Of a stretch of DNA of 64,000 bases, positions 1 through 12,670 are shown one piece after another. Both the position numbers and the translations under genes were made by a program. A model generated the notes under the pieces. It was not told the origin of the DNA. It saw only the letters and a program-made list of their open reading frames with translations, and did no database searches. Source of the DNA: Chiloscyllium plagiosum (taxonomy: Eukaryota); assembly GCF_004010195.1 (NCBI RefSeq), contig NC_057719.1:73929657-73993656 (forward strand), given 5' to 3'. Positions within the stretch are counted from its first letter, which is position 1. Each line of letters opens with the position of its first letter.

Positions 1-585
1 GTCATATTGCAGCTGTACAGGACATTGGTTAGGCCACTGTTGGAATATTGTGTGCAATTCTGGTCTCCTTCCTATCGGAAAGATGTTGTGAAACTTAAAA
101 GGGTTCAGAAAAGATTTACAAGGATGTTGCGAGGGTTGGAGGATTTGAGCTATAGGGAGAGGCTGAACAGGCTGGGGCTGTTTTCCCAGAAGACTGAGGG
201 GTGACTTTATAGAGGTTTACAAAATTATGATGGGCATGGATAGGGTAAATAGACAAAGTCTTTTCCCTGGGGTGGGGGAGTCCAGAACTAGAGGGCATAG
301 GTTTAGGGTGAGAGGGGAAAGATATAAAAGGGCCCTAAGGGGCAACGTTTTCACACAGAGGGTGGTACGTGTATGGAATGAGCTGCCAGAGGATGTGGTG
401 GAGGCTGGTACAACAGCAACATTTAAAAGTCATTTGGATGGGTATATGAATAGGAAGGGTTTGGAGGGATATGGGCCGGGCACTGGCAGGTGGGACTAGA
501 TTGGGTTGAGATATCCGGTCGGCATGGACAGGTTGGATTGAAGGGTCTGTTTCCTTACTGTACATCTCTATGACTCTATGACTCT
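1..585 (+). mobile_element. CR1/HER1-type LINE 3' end
   Basis: LYRTLVRPLLEYCVQFWSP...VQKRFTRM and TRGHRFRV...FTQRVVRVWNELP are the CR1 ORF2 C-terminus; (GACTCTAT)n tail. Confidence 0.9.
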
Positions 586-744
586 AATTGATCTTCCACA
601 TACTGTGTGCTGTTTAGCTCTTCACAGGAAGTGACTGAGAAAACACGCATTACAAGCTGAAATGCCAAGGTGTACGCCTTTTGCACATGTCCAAATGCTG
701 AGAGGAAAATCAGTCAATCTACAAGAAGCATGGATAGTTGTTAG

Positions 745-1975
745 AGAGTCATTGCGAGCCATAGAGTCCTAAGCCATGGAAACAGACCCTTTGGCCCAAC
801 CAATCAATGCTGACCAGATATGGGGCTGGAAAGGGAAAGCAAGTCATACAGCATCAGAGGAGCAAGAAAGTCAACATTTTGGGTTGGGAACCTTCATCAG
901 GACTCGAAACGTCGACTTACTTGCTCCTCCGATGCTTTCTGACCTGCTGAGCCTTCCCAGCTCAACATTTTATCAACAGATTTCCAGCATCTGCAATCCT
1001 TATTATCATCCATTTGACACCAACCAAACTAGTCCCACCTGCCTGCGCTTGGCCCATATCCTTTCAAACCTTTCCTATTCGTGAACATATTTAAATGTCT
1101 TTTAAACATTGTAACTTTACCTGCATCCACCACTTTCTCTGGCTGTTCATTCCACACACAAACCACTCCTTGTGTGAAAAGGTTTCCCCCATGTCCTTTT
1201 TAAATCTTCATCCTCGCACCTTAAAAATGTGCCCCCTACTTTTGATCACCTTTGTGTTAGGGAAAAGACCCTTGTCATTCACCTTATCCATGTCCATCAT
1301 GTTTTTATAAACCTCTATAAAGTCACCCATCAATCTCCTATGATTAGATTCCCTACAGTGTGGAAACAGGCCCTTCAGCCCAACAAGTCCACCCTGATCC
1401 TCCAAAGAGTGACCCACTAATGCACCTAACACTATGAGCAATTTAACATGGCCAATTCACCTAACCTGCACATCTTTTGGAATGTGCGAGGAAACAGAGC
1501 ACCCGGAGGAAACCCACACAGACACAGGGAGAATGTGCAAACTCCACACAGTCAGTCACCGGAGAGGGAATCGAACCTAGGTCCCTGACACTGTGAGGCA
1601 GCAGTGCTAACCACTGTGCCGCCCAATGCACCAGTGAAACAAGTCCCAGTCTTTCCAGCCTATTTTACATCTCAAACCCCTTATTTCTGGCAACATCCTG
1701 ATAAATCTTATCTGAACCCTCACTAGCTTAATAATATCATTCCTTTAACAGGGCAAACAGATCTGGATACAGTACTCCAGAAGAGGCTTCACCAATATCC
1801 TGTGTAACCTCAATGTGGCATCCCAACTCCTATATTCAAAGTTCTGAACAATATTGGCAAGCGTGCTAAATGCCTTCTTAACCATCCTGTTTACATGTGA
1901 CACAAATTTCAAAGAATGATGTACCTGAACCCTTAGGTCTCTCTGTTCTACAACACTACCCAGGGCCCTACCATG
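745..1975 (-). mobile_element. CR1 LINE 3' fragment with nested Penelope-derived piece (~820-1000) and SINE
   Basis: Reverse-strand similarity to the CR1 3' end (GDFIEVYK..SRGHIFKVRG). Confidence 0.75.
1337..1623 (-). mobile_element. tRNA-derived SINE (HE1/SacSINE type)
   Basis: Reverse complement of the SINE family at 14506. Confidence 0.85.
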
Positions 1976-3902
1976 AATGGACAGAATTTTTCAGTCTTCA
2001 TCCCTGTCAAAATTGTGAGACTGCTTGTGCGTTGGCACATAAATGGCAAAGGGATGAGCTTTACTGAGGCTTTTTCACCAAACCTCATAATTAGCATCTT
2101 GCCTCTGGGTGGCCTGACTAATCAGGACAAGTGGACAGGGCAAGACATTATTCTCTCACAGGAAGGATATCTAACATGGATTACAAAGGCCGACTGGGAA
2201 CTGGATTTTTTGATGCTGCAGTAATCACATAAATGGAGAGGAATTCCTGAGAATGCTGCTCCCTGAGTCTTTCCTTATTTGGAGGTCCTGCTGTAGGATC
2301 TGAGTACATTTAAGGTAGCATTTAGTTTCTAATTGTTAATGTTCAGTGGTATTTAAATTTGGTAATAATTGACCAAACCAGCACAAAAAGTCAAGGAATT
2401 TCAAGCATAAGATATTTTCAGTGCAAATCGGGAGACGATGAACATTTGAGGCAGCTTAAGAATGATCCTGTTGGAATCTGATCCTTCCCCAAAACTACCT
2501 GCTCCATTGGTTGAGTTAACCACAATTTCCACAAATGGAGCTCTACTGCAGGTCTTCCAAAAGGCTCTTTAAATTAAACTTTTTCTCGAAGATGCAAGAC
2601 AAACTTTTAAAACTTTACATTGAAGCTAACCACTGTGCATATATCTGGAGTTTTTTTAGAAAGTAATTTTCAGTTGTTTAAATTCTGGTTATTCATGGTG
2701 GATTATAATCTCTAATTAAAAATGCTTATTTTGTTCACGAAAAATGCATTTCCAGCTCCATTAGAACAACAATACCACGTTCATTCACGGGTGTTAGGTC
2801 TGGAGGCAGGTCCCTGGCTTATTGTCTGTTGATGCTTTACCTCGGGTTGCTTTTCTTTGGCAGTCTTTGTGAGTGGTGGTATCCCATTTCCTTCCACTCC
2901 TGGGGACAATATGAAGAGGCAAGTCCTGAAGTCAACCTCAACCAAAATGGGAATCAAACCCACACTGTTGGCATTATTCTGAAACACACACTAAGTGTCT
3001 AGCCATTGTAGGTGGTTGGCCTTTGGCTCCAGGTTCTCACCTTTAAGTAGATGAAAGGTTACTTTTTAAGCCTGATTGTGCGAATTCAGGGAAAGTTGTA
3101 CATTCGTGGTCAGATAAATAACGGAGTAAAGGAGCTGGGGAGTTGCGGGGAAGTGATGGCCTAGTGCTGTTATTGCTAGAATTCTATTCCAATGGCCCTA
3201 GTAATTCCTGGGACCTGGGTTGAAATCCTGCCACAGCAAATAGTGGGATTTGAATTCAATAAAAATCTGTACTTAAGAGTCTAATGATGATGACAAAACC
3301 ATTGTCAATTGTCGGGAAAAAAAACGTCTGGTTCACTAATGTCCTTAAAGGAAGAAAATTGCCATCCTTACCTGGTCTGACCTACATGTGACTCCAGACT
3401 CACAACAATATAGTTGACTCTTAACAGCCCTCTGGACAATTAGGGACGTGTAATAAATGCTGGCCCAGCCAGTGATGTCCACATCCTGTGAATAAATTAA
3501 AAATAAGAAAAGCTTGAGCCACAGAAACAATTGAACAACAACAATTGCTCCAAGGAATTTAATGAAAGTGACATCAGTAAGAAATATTTTCAGCACCAAG
3601 CCATCAGCAAGAATAAATAATCAAAACCTTGACCAGAAGAAAACGTTTAGGAGCACTTCATGAGACGTTTACAGGTGGAAAGTTATAGGGAAAAAATTGT
3701 GGATCTTTGCCAATCAAACACATGATTGTTGGTAGTGGGGCAATTAAAATTGAGGAATTGAAATTTGCAAGTTGTACCGAGATCAATGATTGTCCCCAAA
3801 ATGAACCTCTACACCAATGGGTGTAACATTTTACATATTCCAAAAGATATGCTTAACAACAAAATTATACCTACAGCATTTTGCACCAAGTTGATTTACA
3901 AG

Positions 3903-4204
3903 CTAATTACTGGTTGACTGTCTGCACTTTCCAGACTGTTCAGACAGTAATTTCACATCTTCAAGCAATAGCTCAGATAAAATATAGTATTTACACAAGG
4001 AAGGGCGTACATCAGTAATACTTCCTAACTTGCCATGTAAAAATGTCAGTGATAGTTTATTCTGTGGGAAATATTTGACTTCTAACTGTGTTTTTGTTAT
4101 GGTTGTAATAATTATAAGTTGCATTCGTAATAGGTGGTAGGATTCTTATACCTTCATCAAGGTGTTTGCCCAAAACCTCATTTGAAGACGGGATCTTCCG
4201 GAAA
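3903..4204 (-). pseudogene. iGluR-like last exon (M4 plus C-terminal tail), frameshifted
   Basis: Phase-2 start after a weak taag| acceptor. VLGKHLDEGIRIL ~ ALGVQNIGGIFIV; LEVKY ~ GEFLY in a shifted frame (ORF 3903..4124). Confidence 0.45.
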
Positions 4205-4340
4205 CTTAGCACATGAAAAAGGTACAATATTTGTGTTTATGTGATAGCCATTCAATGTAAATGCACCATTGCTTCAACATTTTCAACACCTCATTTACAC
4301 TCTATGTAATAACCAGAAGCAATTATTAAACTCAACATAC

Positions 4341-5020
4341 TTTCTAAATGCCAGCTTCTTGTCCCTTCATAGTACCCCCTCAGTCTGCTCTGTCCAGAAA
4401 TAGTTTATTTGACTCCTTCATAAAATTCACCTTCAGGGCTTTCCATTGTAACTTACACCACAAGTTTGTTTCTGTTTGTGTAAAATGAATCTGCTTGACT
4501 TCTCTATTACTGGTAACATCCTCATTTCTAATCTCCACATACTTGCAGCCTCTGTCATAGCGTATACTTTGGCTGGGTCTGCTTTGCGAAGCATCTTTCA
4601 GAGTATTGAAACCTTCGGTTTATCCTGCTGAAAGTCTCTTTTTCCAAAGTGTACAAGCTTTTTTTGTTAAACTGTCCAGTTGGTATACCTACAGCAATTA
4701 TAGTGGCCATCCCCTACGATTGTGTTTAGGGGATAAATGATTTGGCATTCATAGTGCCACCAGATCACTGGCCAATACAATGAAAGGTGTGTATTCTATA
4801 TTTGAATTCTGGAGTGCTGGACAGATGGTTAAAAACAGGCTTTTTGCAGTACATTTCTGTGTCCCTTATACTTTGTCAATCAATTATATACACTTCTCGA
4901 TTTGTAATCCCGTTGTTGATATCCTATTACTGAGTTTGCTTTTGTTTGCTTGCACCAGCACAACTGATGATTAAATATTTATCCATAGTAAATCGTTGTA
5001 TATCCCTTCTGCTTAGCAAC
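4341..5020 (-). pseudogene. iGluR-like exon 10 (M2-M3-S2), decayed; may hide a small intron
   Basis: RFTMDKYLIISCAGASKQ ~ NFTLLNSFWFGVGALMQQ; CTAKSLFLTI (4824-4853) ~ YTANLAAFLTV; KPKVSIL*KM ~ KSKISTYDKM; KQTCGVSYNG ~ QRNCNLTQIG; QTEGVL ~ QEEGKL. Donor AA|GTATGT, phase 2. Confidence 0.55.
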
Positions 5021-5296
5021 CTCCATGATATTAATTTAAAATGCACGTATATTTTAAAAATGCAAAAATTTATCTTATTCCATTTTGACCGATTGACTGA
5101 ATAGCAGAAGCATATGACTTTGAAATGTGCTTTTTGGTTTAATATAATTTAGTAAATAAACGCTAAAGGAAAATTTAGGCAATTCTGCTGCATCTGAAAT
5201 AATTCCCTAATATTTCTTAATTACCTAACAAGCAATAACTCAATTAATGCAACTCAAAAGAAAGTGTTTATAGGATATCCAAAAGTGATTCAAAAC

Positions 5297-5495
5297 CTAT
5301 GAAGTTTAGACATTGATGTTGTACACAGAAATGCGGTAGAATTTCTGTACGGTAACGTCCCAAAAGCAGATTTGAATGATTTGTTTTCAGTCATGGTGAT
5401 TGAAAGAGTAATTTTGACCATGACATCAGGAAAACCTCTTCGAAAAGTGTCATGGATTGTTTCATGTATGATTATGGGGATTGCACTAAATATGT
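5297..5495 (-). pseudogene. iGluR-like exon 9 (end of S1 plus M1 region), heavily decayed
   Basis: tttccctag| acceptor. SYMKQSMTLF ~ GluD RYMDYSVGIL. Ends KLH-AG|gt at phase 2, matching the next exon. M1 hydrophobicity is poor. Confidence 0.4.
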
Positions 5496-5957
5496 CTAGG
5501 GAAATGCTGACTTCACATAGAAAGGGTAAGAATTCTGTCAGAAGTAACACAAATGAATATGACTACAAGCCAAATGAATTGAAAGTGGTAACACATATGA
5601 AGATATAACCATATATGAAGATGAAGGAAGCCATATGCTTAGAAATTACTGATGGCAATTATTAATGAATATACACAGAACACATTCATTTTGTGTAATT
5701 TTGTCTAGTTTGTTAGTAAGCCATTAAAGTAGAAGTTAGAGAAATATTACATTTTATTTTATTTGCTGTATTCATAATAACATTAATCTCTAGGTTATAT
5801 TAGATAAACATATTTGTGCTTGCAGAGAAACATTTGAAAATTGGAGCAAGTTCAAGTGAAAATAATGCAGGAATATAAATTCCATTACACGAGTGTATAA
5901 TGAAAGCAAAAAAGAATGTACCCAAAGATAGCTCCTTATATGTATTCTCACGCTCAC

Positions 5958-6095
5958 AGTTCCAGCTCTGGCTTCATTGCTATAGCCATTTGTCCATGTC
6001 CTTCCTCTCTACTCCAATCCAGTGTTGATCCCTTCATTGACATGTTCCTAACTGCATTCTTCACAATGCTGAATTTATTATACACCTTTAGCCTG
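5958..6095 (-). pseudogene. iGluR-like exon 8 (S1)
   Basis: ctccttttcag| acceptor (NAGNAG) and |GTGAGC donor. LKVYNKFSIVKNA..LDW..GHGQMAIA ~ LGFTYEIRLVEDG..GQW..(G/H)KAD(I/L)A(I/V)A. The segment after W looks shortened. Confidence 0.6.
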
Positions 6096-6519
6096 CTGAA
6101 AAGGAGTATAGTAGCATCATAGTTATGCTGACAGAGACGTAATATGGACAAACAGCTGGAAAACTCAACAGGTCAGACAGCATCTATGGAGAGAAGCAGA
6201 GTTAATATTTCAGGTTGAAGACCTTTCCTCAAAAACGACAGCTGGGAAATTTCAATTCTAAACTCTCTAACTTTAATCCTAATCCTAACTCATTACATAA
6301 ATCAATATAAGAAACTAGTCACAATAATGGCGATTGTGTAACTATCAGATTGTCATGGAAAAACTCATTCTTTTGTCTCATGTCCTGTGGGGAAGGCTAA
6401 TCATTGTCCTTACTCAATCTGGTCCTCTGGACAAACAGGAATAGGATGACAATGGAATGCCCTTTTAAAATGCATTTTGAATGCCCTTAATAGTGTTCCT
6501 ATGAACACTACTTGTTCAT

Positions 6520-7570
6520 AGGTTGTGAGAATTGCTGCCAAGCCCAACATATATTGTCCAGCCCTAATTGGCATTGAGGAGATAAAGTTGAGCAACATTT
6601 TTTGAAACTTACGGATTATTTGATGTAGGTACACTCACGGTGCTGTTAATAGGGGTGGGTGTGGAAGGAGTAGGGTGGTGGGATTGGGAGGGTATGGATG
6701 TTGATTCTAGTATTTTGATCCAGTAACTGTGAGGGATAGTAATTATAGTTCCAAGTAAGGAATATATATGACTTAGAAAAAAGCTTGAATGTGGTAGTTT
6801 TCACGCACACCATGCTGCCTTTGTTCTCCTCCGTGGTGGTTTCCAAAGGTTTGGAAGGTGGTGCTGAAGAAATGCTAGAGATTTGCTGCAGTGCATCTAG
6901 TATATGGTGTGCAGTTGTGTAGAGAGTGAATGTTGAAGGTGGTGTATGGGAATTCAGTCAAGGGGACTATTTTGTCCTGGATCTCACTGTGCCTTTTCCC
7001 TATTGTTGGATCTGCTCATTCAGGCAAACAGAGAGTATTCTATCAAACCTTAATTCTCCTTGAAGATGGTGGACAAGCTCTGCGGCATTAGGAGGTGAGA
7101 AATTCTCAGCCATTGACGTGCTCTTGTAGTCATAGTATGTATGTGCCTGGTCCAATTCAGTGCCCGATCAATGATAAGCCCCAGGGATGCTGATAGGGGA
7201 TTCAGCAGTGGCAATGCTATTGAATTTCAAGGAGACCCATTATTTCTTCTAAATGGTCATTGCTTGGCACTTATGTGGCATGAATATTACTTACCTCTTA
7301 TCAGCCTACAAGGAAATACTGTTGAGCTTTGCTAAATGTGGTCATGGACTGCTACATTATCTGGGGAGTTGTGAATGGAACTGAATGCTGCAATAATCAG
7401 GGAATATCTCCATTTCTGACCTTATGATGGAGGAAAGGTTATCATCATAGCAACTGAAGATGGTTAGCACAAGGTGACTAATCCAAGGTACTCCCGAAAC
7501 TGTGTCTCAAGACTGACATGATTAGCCCTCAATAATCTCAATTGGCAATTGTTTGTGCTACGTGTGACTT
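6520..7570 (-). mobile_element. Degenerate CR1/L2-clade LINE fragment
   Basis: Reverse-complement similarity to the LINE at 57915-58965. Confidence 0.6.
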
Positions 7571-8896
7571 TTTAAAAAAAGTACACAGGATTATGGGTAT
7601 CATTGGGTAGATCAGCATTTATCGCCTGTCTCTAATTGCCCTTCAGCAGGAGGAGGTGAGCCCCTTTTTGAACCACTGCTATCCAAGGGGAGTGGGTACA
7701 CTTATAGTGATGTTATGAAAAGAGTTCTAGGACTTTGATCCATCAAGATTGAAAGAATAATGATATGTTTTCAAGTCAGGATGGTGTGTGGTTGGAATGG
7801 AACTTGCACATGGTGGGGCTCCCATTCATCTGCTGTCATTATCCATGTAAGTAGTAGAAGTCAATTTCTTTTCACCACAGGATGACACAAGTTTCATCCA
7901 GAACTTGCTCAACGACACCTTGCAAGACTGATTTTGAATGAAATTTCTGATTTTTTCTAATTTCAAAAATATACTTTATTCATATATATTTAATCTATAC
8001 AATTGAACATGTCATCATTCTGTAAACATTCCATTTCTTTGCGTATCGACTGCACCCCTTCCCCTGTAACAGTTTCAGCAAAGAGATAACTTAGTAATGA
8101 AGGTCATTTAAGTGATGTTTACTCACCAGAGATTCCAGGAAGAAGACCACTTAGCCAGCTAGATTCCTCAAATATATAATTGTTTCTGTGAACGCACACT
8201 TTTGCCCGATAAGATTATAGCTATGAACATCATTTTATCAGGCTGGGCTATTAACAAGCATGTTATTGAATGCAAAACAGATTCCTGACCATTATGACCA
8301 ATAAGGCTCAAGATTCTGAAAACTTAATTCCAAACCTTTTGCCTGCCATCAGACAACTGAATTTTGACCTCCTGCCAAATTAAATTCCCCTTCCCATTTC
8401 CAAGTGCTCTGGGTAGCCCCAGTCCTGATGAAAAGTTCTGACCTGAAATGTCAACACCCCTCCTCCTCTGATGCTGCTTGACGCATACTGTGTTTTTTCC
8501 AGCTCCACTCTTTATCCACTCAGACCCAGAAGATTCCATCCATCATGATCCTTAAATCTACTTTGTTGACCAAAGGTCGGTCACCAGCACTAACGTCTTA
8601 TTGCGTGGCTGGGTGTCCAATTACATGGCTTGCTGTTAAATGTCTTGGGACGTTTTACTGTATTAAAAGGACAATGGAAGTGAAAGTTACTATTGTTCTT
8701 TTTTATGCTTTTCTCTGCACCCATGCCCTTTTGTTTCAGCGTAATCTGGAGCTTCGGACTTTAATGAGCAGGGAGCAAATTTTTCTCTGTGATTCTTTTA
8801 ATTGTTTGTCACAATATTAACAAAAGATCTTTGTTCCTTTACAATGAAGAGCAACATTGAATAACACATCATGCACACTTAATTTTTCTCTTACAT

Positions 8897-9245
8897 TGCA
8901 GCATAGTGGCTCAGTGGTTAGCACTGCTACCTGACAGCATCAGGGTCCCAGGTTTGATTCTAGCCTTGGGCAACTGTCTATGTGGAGGTTGCACATTCTC
9001 CTGTGGGTTTCTGCCAGGCACTCTGGTTTCCTCCCACAGTCCAAATGTGCAGATTAGGTGGATTGGCCATGCTAAATTACACGTAGTGTTCAGGGATGTG
9101 TAGGTTAGGTGCATTAGCCATGGGAAATGCAGGGTCACTGGGATAGAGTAGGGGGATGGGAATGGGTCTAGGTGGGATGCTCTTTAGAGGGTTGATGTGG
9201 ACTTGTTGGGCTGAATGGCGTGTTTCTACACTGTAGGGATTCTGT
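8897..9245 (+). mobile_element. tRNA-derived SINE
   Basis: A-box tggctcagtgg; same body and 3' end as the copy at 14506. Confidence 0.85.
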
Positions 9246-10202
9246 CAAATATAGTTCATTGCACATAAGTCAATTTGCTCAGGAACCATAGATCACAAAT
9301 CTAGCTTGAGGTGTATTCAGCACATAGCAGATTAACATAGTTTAACACTGTCAGTATAACAATTAATTAGATTAACCCCTTAAAAGTAAAAGTACCAAAA
9401 TCACAGCATCACATTCTTCTCAATAAAATATATTTATAGTTTCAACTAAAATATAGGAAATAATAAAACTGTATTGAATATGATTTCATTCAAGGTTGCT
9501 GCTTGTTATAAAATTATTATTTACATAAGCATTTTGCAATCACCAAACTTTATCTTGATTAATAAACTTCCGGCACCACATTTCTTGATCATGACCCACA
9601 TTAGCAATTTTTTTTTAATTGTTGCATTTCCAGGAGGCAATGTTTAAATAACTCTTCTTTTACAAAGCACACAAACTATAGTTTAGCTCAAAGCATTCAA
9701 CAAAATAATTTTCTCTTAAATATCCATAACACAAATGTAAACAACCAGAAAATTGAAAGAACATCAAACTATTCACATATTTCTAATAAAGGGAGAGCCT
9801 GCAGAAATAAATCAATTCAAATATTTGTATAAATTAGCTAAGAGTTCAAAGCATCCAGCTGGACTGGATAAATTAAAATATGTCTTCATTTAATTAACCA
9901 GTAATAGTGGTGATTATCTTAATTAGCTTCCAGATCTTCCAATTCAGTAGAGCTCATGCAGTTAAAGTTAATATTCTGGCCTCTTATAATGATCTCAAAT
10001 TATTCCAATTCTGCTAATGATTTTTATTAAAAGGCGAAGAAGGCAATAATTAGATGCTATCAACTTAAATTTCAGTAAACATAAACCCTAAGATTGCCCA
10101 AATAGAATGCTATTAAAATGCTATTAAAATAAGAGGAGTTCCAAATGTACAAACTGAAGATCCATATGCCAGTAAACCACAATGCAACTGTATTGCAAAT
10201 GG

Positions 10203-10417
10203 TTAAAATCACACAACACCAGGTTAAAGTCCAACAGGTTTAATTGGAAGCACACTAGCTTTTGGAGCGACGCTATCATTTGCAATCACCTGATGAAGGA
10301 GCATCGCTCCAAAACCTAGTGTGCTTCCAATTAAACCTGTTGGACTATAACCTGGTATTGTATGATTTTTAACTTTGTACACCCCAGTCCAACACCGGCA
10401 TCTCCAAATCATGACCA
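10203..10417. mobile_element. Palindromic short Penelope-like element derivative
   Basis: Inverted arms (acaccaggttaaagtccaacaggtttaattggaagcacactag / ctagtgtgcttccaattaaacctgttggactataacctggt). 13-bp flanking duplication gtattgcaaatgg at 10190-10202 and 10418-10430. Confidence 0.75.
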
Positions 10418-11234
10418 GTATTGCAAATGGATTGTGTACTTTGAAATTGCAGATGACTATTAAATTTCAGAATTAAAATTAATTCTCATGTCATTTCGTC
10501 AACACTGAATCAGCAAGTCACTTAGCTGTCAAATCTACATTTGCTCATCTTTGTTGTCTCTTGGTCTGACAGCAATTTGATTGAGAAGTTTGCATCCCTA
10601 CCTAGCCTTGCCTCACCACCTATATTTTCTTCCAGTCATAAAACACTTGAAGATTTTTGCGCTCTTCCAATTCATGTTGTTTGTGTATCCGTGACTATTA
10701 ATGCCATACCATCCATTTTTCTGCCTTCACTTACCTCAATACTCAGCTCTGAAATTCCCTCCTTAAACATCACCACCCCTCTGCCTCACTCTCCTGCTTT
10801 AAGATGCTTGTGAAAATTATTTTGTTTGACCTGATTTGCAGCAAATTTATTTGTAAAGCTTCCAATGAAGTACCACCTTGAGATGCTGTGCTGCATTAAA
10901 GACACAATACAAATGCGAGCTGTTGTGGTGGTCTTTATGTCCCCTTTCAAGTATGAGAGACATCAACTACGTCCAAATTAATTGGCAACATGATGTAAGG
11001 TGTGTCATTTATATATATTTTAATCATACTGATGTTAGAGTTTGGATTTTAAACTACTGTCATGTGGGTTTTGGTCTGTCTGTATGAAGGAGTTTAATGA
11101 TTAACTTATTATACTTCTGGAGCCATGGTTTTTATTTTGAAACCACAATGAGAAAGAGACTTCCTGGAGTGGTCATGAAAGCGTGTTTGTATTGGAAGAG
11201 TGTTGTAGCAAATATCGTAAATATTGAAAAACAA

Positions 11235-12670
11235 GCCAAGTTTGTTGGCAAAATAGCTGGGAAAGCATATGGTGTGGATGACACAAAGAATCTGCAGAAA
11301 GATATAGATAGGATAAGTGAGTGGGCAGACGGAATATGATATGGGGAAATGCAAGGTTATGTATTTGGCAGGAAGAATAGAGGAGCTGGATATTATTCAA
11401 ATGGAGAAAGACTACAGATAGCTACAGGACAGAGAGATTTGAGAGTCCTTGTCCATGAGTCATAAAAAGCTAGAATTCAGGTTCAGTGGATGATAGGGAA
11501 GCCAAATGGAATGTTGGCTTTCATTTCAATGGGAATAAAAAATAAATGTAGGGAGATTTTGTTAAAACTGTACAAGGTATTAGTCAGGTCTCAGCTAGAA
11601 TACTGTGAAATGCTTTGGCCCACTTAACTGGGGAATGATATATTATGGCATTGGATGCAGTCCAGCAGAGGTTCACAGTGCTGCTAGCAGGCATGGAGAG
11701 ACTGTCTTATGAAGGGAGATTGAATAGGTTTGGCTGCCACTCATTGGAATTTAGAAGAATATGAGGCTACCTTATTATAATATACAAGATTCTTGGTGGA
11801 GTTTTGAGAAGGTTTGTAGCTCAGGTTGAGGTTTTGGATATAGGTTTGCTCGCTGAACTTGAAGGTTCATTTCCATATGTTTCATCACCCTACTAGTTAA
11901 CATCTTCAGTGGGCCTTAGGCGAAGCACTGCTGAAGATTCCTGCTTTCTATTTATATGTTTGGGTTTCTTTGGGTTGGTAATGTCATTTCCTGTGGTGAT
12001 GTTATTTCCTGTGGTGAAGTCATTTCCTGTGGTGAAGTCACGCAAGAATTCCTAGAAGCATGGCATTCCAACTGGAACTCTATTAACAAACACATCGAGT
12101 TAGACCCCAACTACCATCTCCTGAGAAAAGGAACCAGAAGTGACCTCACCACAGGAAATAACATCACCACAGGAAATGGCATCACCAACCCAAAGAAACC
12201 CATACATATAAATAGAAAGCAGGAATTTTCAGCAGTGCTTCGCCCACTGAAGATGTTACCTAGTAGGGTGATGAAACGTCTGGAAATGAACCTTCAAGCT
12301 CAGCAAGCAAACCTACATCCAAAATTCTTGTTGGACTTGACAGGATAGGTGCAGAAAGATTGTTCCCCCTTGAGGGAGAGTTTAGAACCAAAAGGCATAA
12401 TCTCAGAATAAGGGATCACATGTTTACACAGAGATGATTTTTTTTATCTCAGACGGTGGTGAATGTCTGGAATTCTTTACTGCAGAGGGCTATTGAGGCT
12501 GTGCCATTAAGTATATTCAAGACTGAGAATATAGATAGATTTTTAATCAATAAGGAAAAGGTAGGAAAGTGGAGTTGAGGATTATCAGATCAGCCATGAT
12601 CTGATTGAATGGTTGATCAGACTCAATGGACTGAATGGCTTGCTTCTTCTCCCAGATCTTATGGTTTTGT
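11235..12670 (+). mobile_element. CR1 LINE ORF2 3' portion, interrupted by a Penelope-like element
   Basis: KFVGKIAGK...LQKDIDRISEWA and later CR1 3' motifs. Confidence 0.85.
11801..12323 (+). mobile_element. Truncated Penelope-like retroelement with long inverted arms
   Basis: EFLEAWHSNWNSINKHIELDP is typical of the GIY-YIG C-terminus of Penelope-like elements. Inverted arms of ~190 bp (11832-12020 vs 12138-12324); flanking duplication attcttg(g/t)tgga. Confidence 0.8.

Noticed and set aside
5372..5608. Plus-strand 78-aa hydrophobic ORF
   Set aside because: Antisense to the putative iGluR-like exon 9; no recognisable domain.
11983..12040. Short tandem repeats (atttcctgtggtga..) that could suggest a CRISPR-like array
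   Set aside because: No unique spacers; eukaryotic DNA; part of the Penelope element arm.
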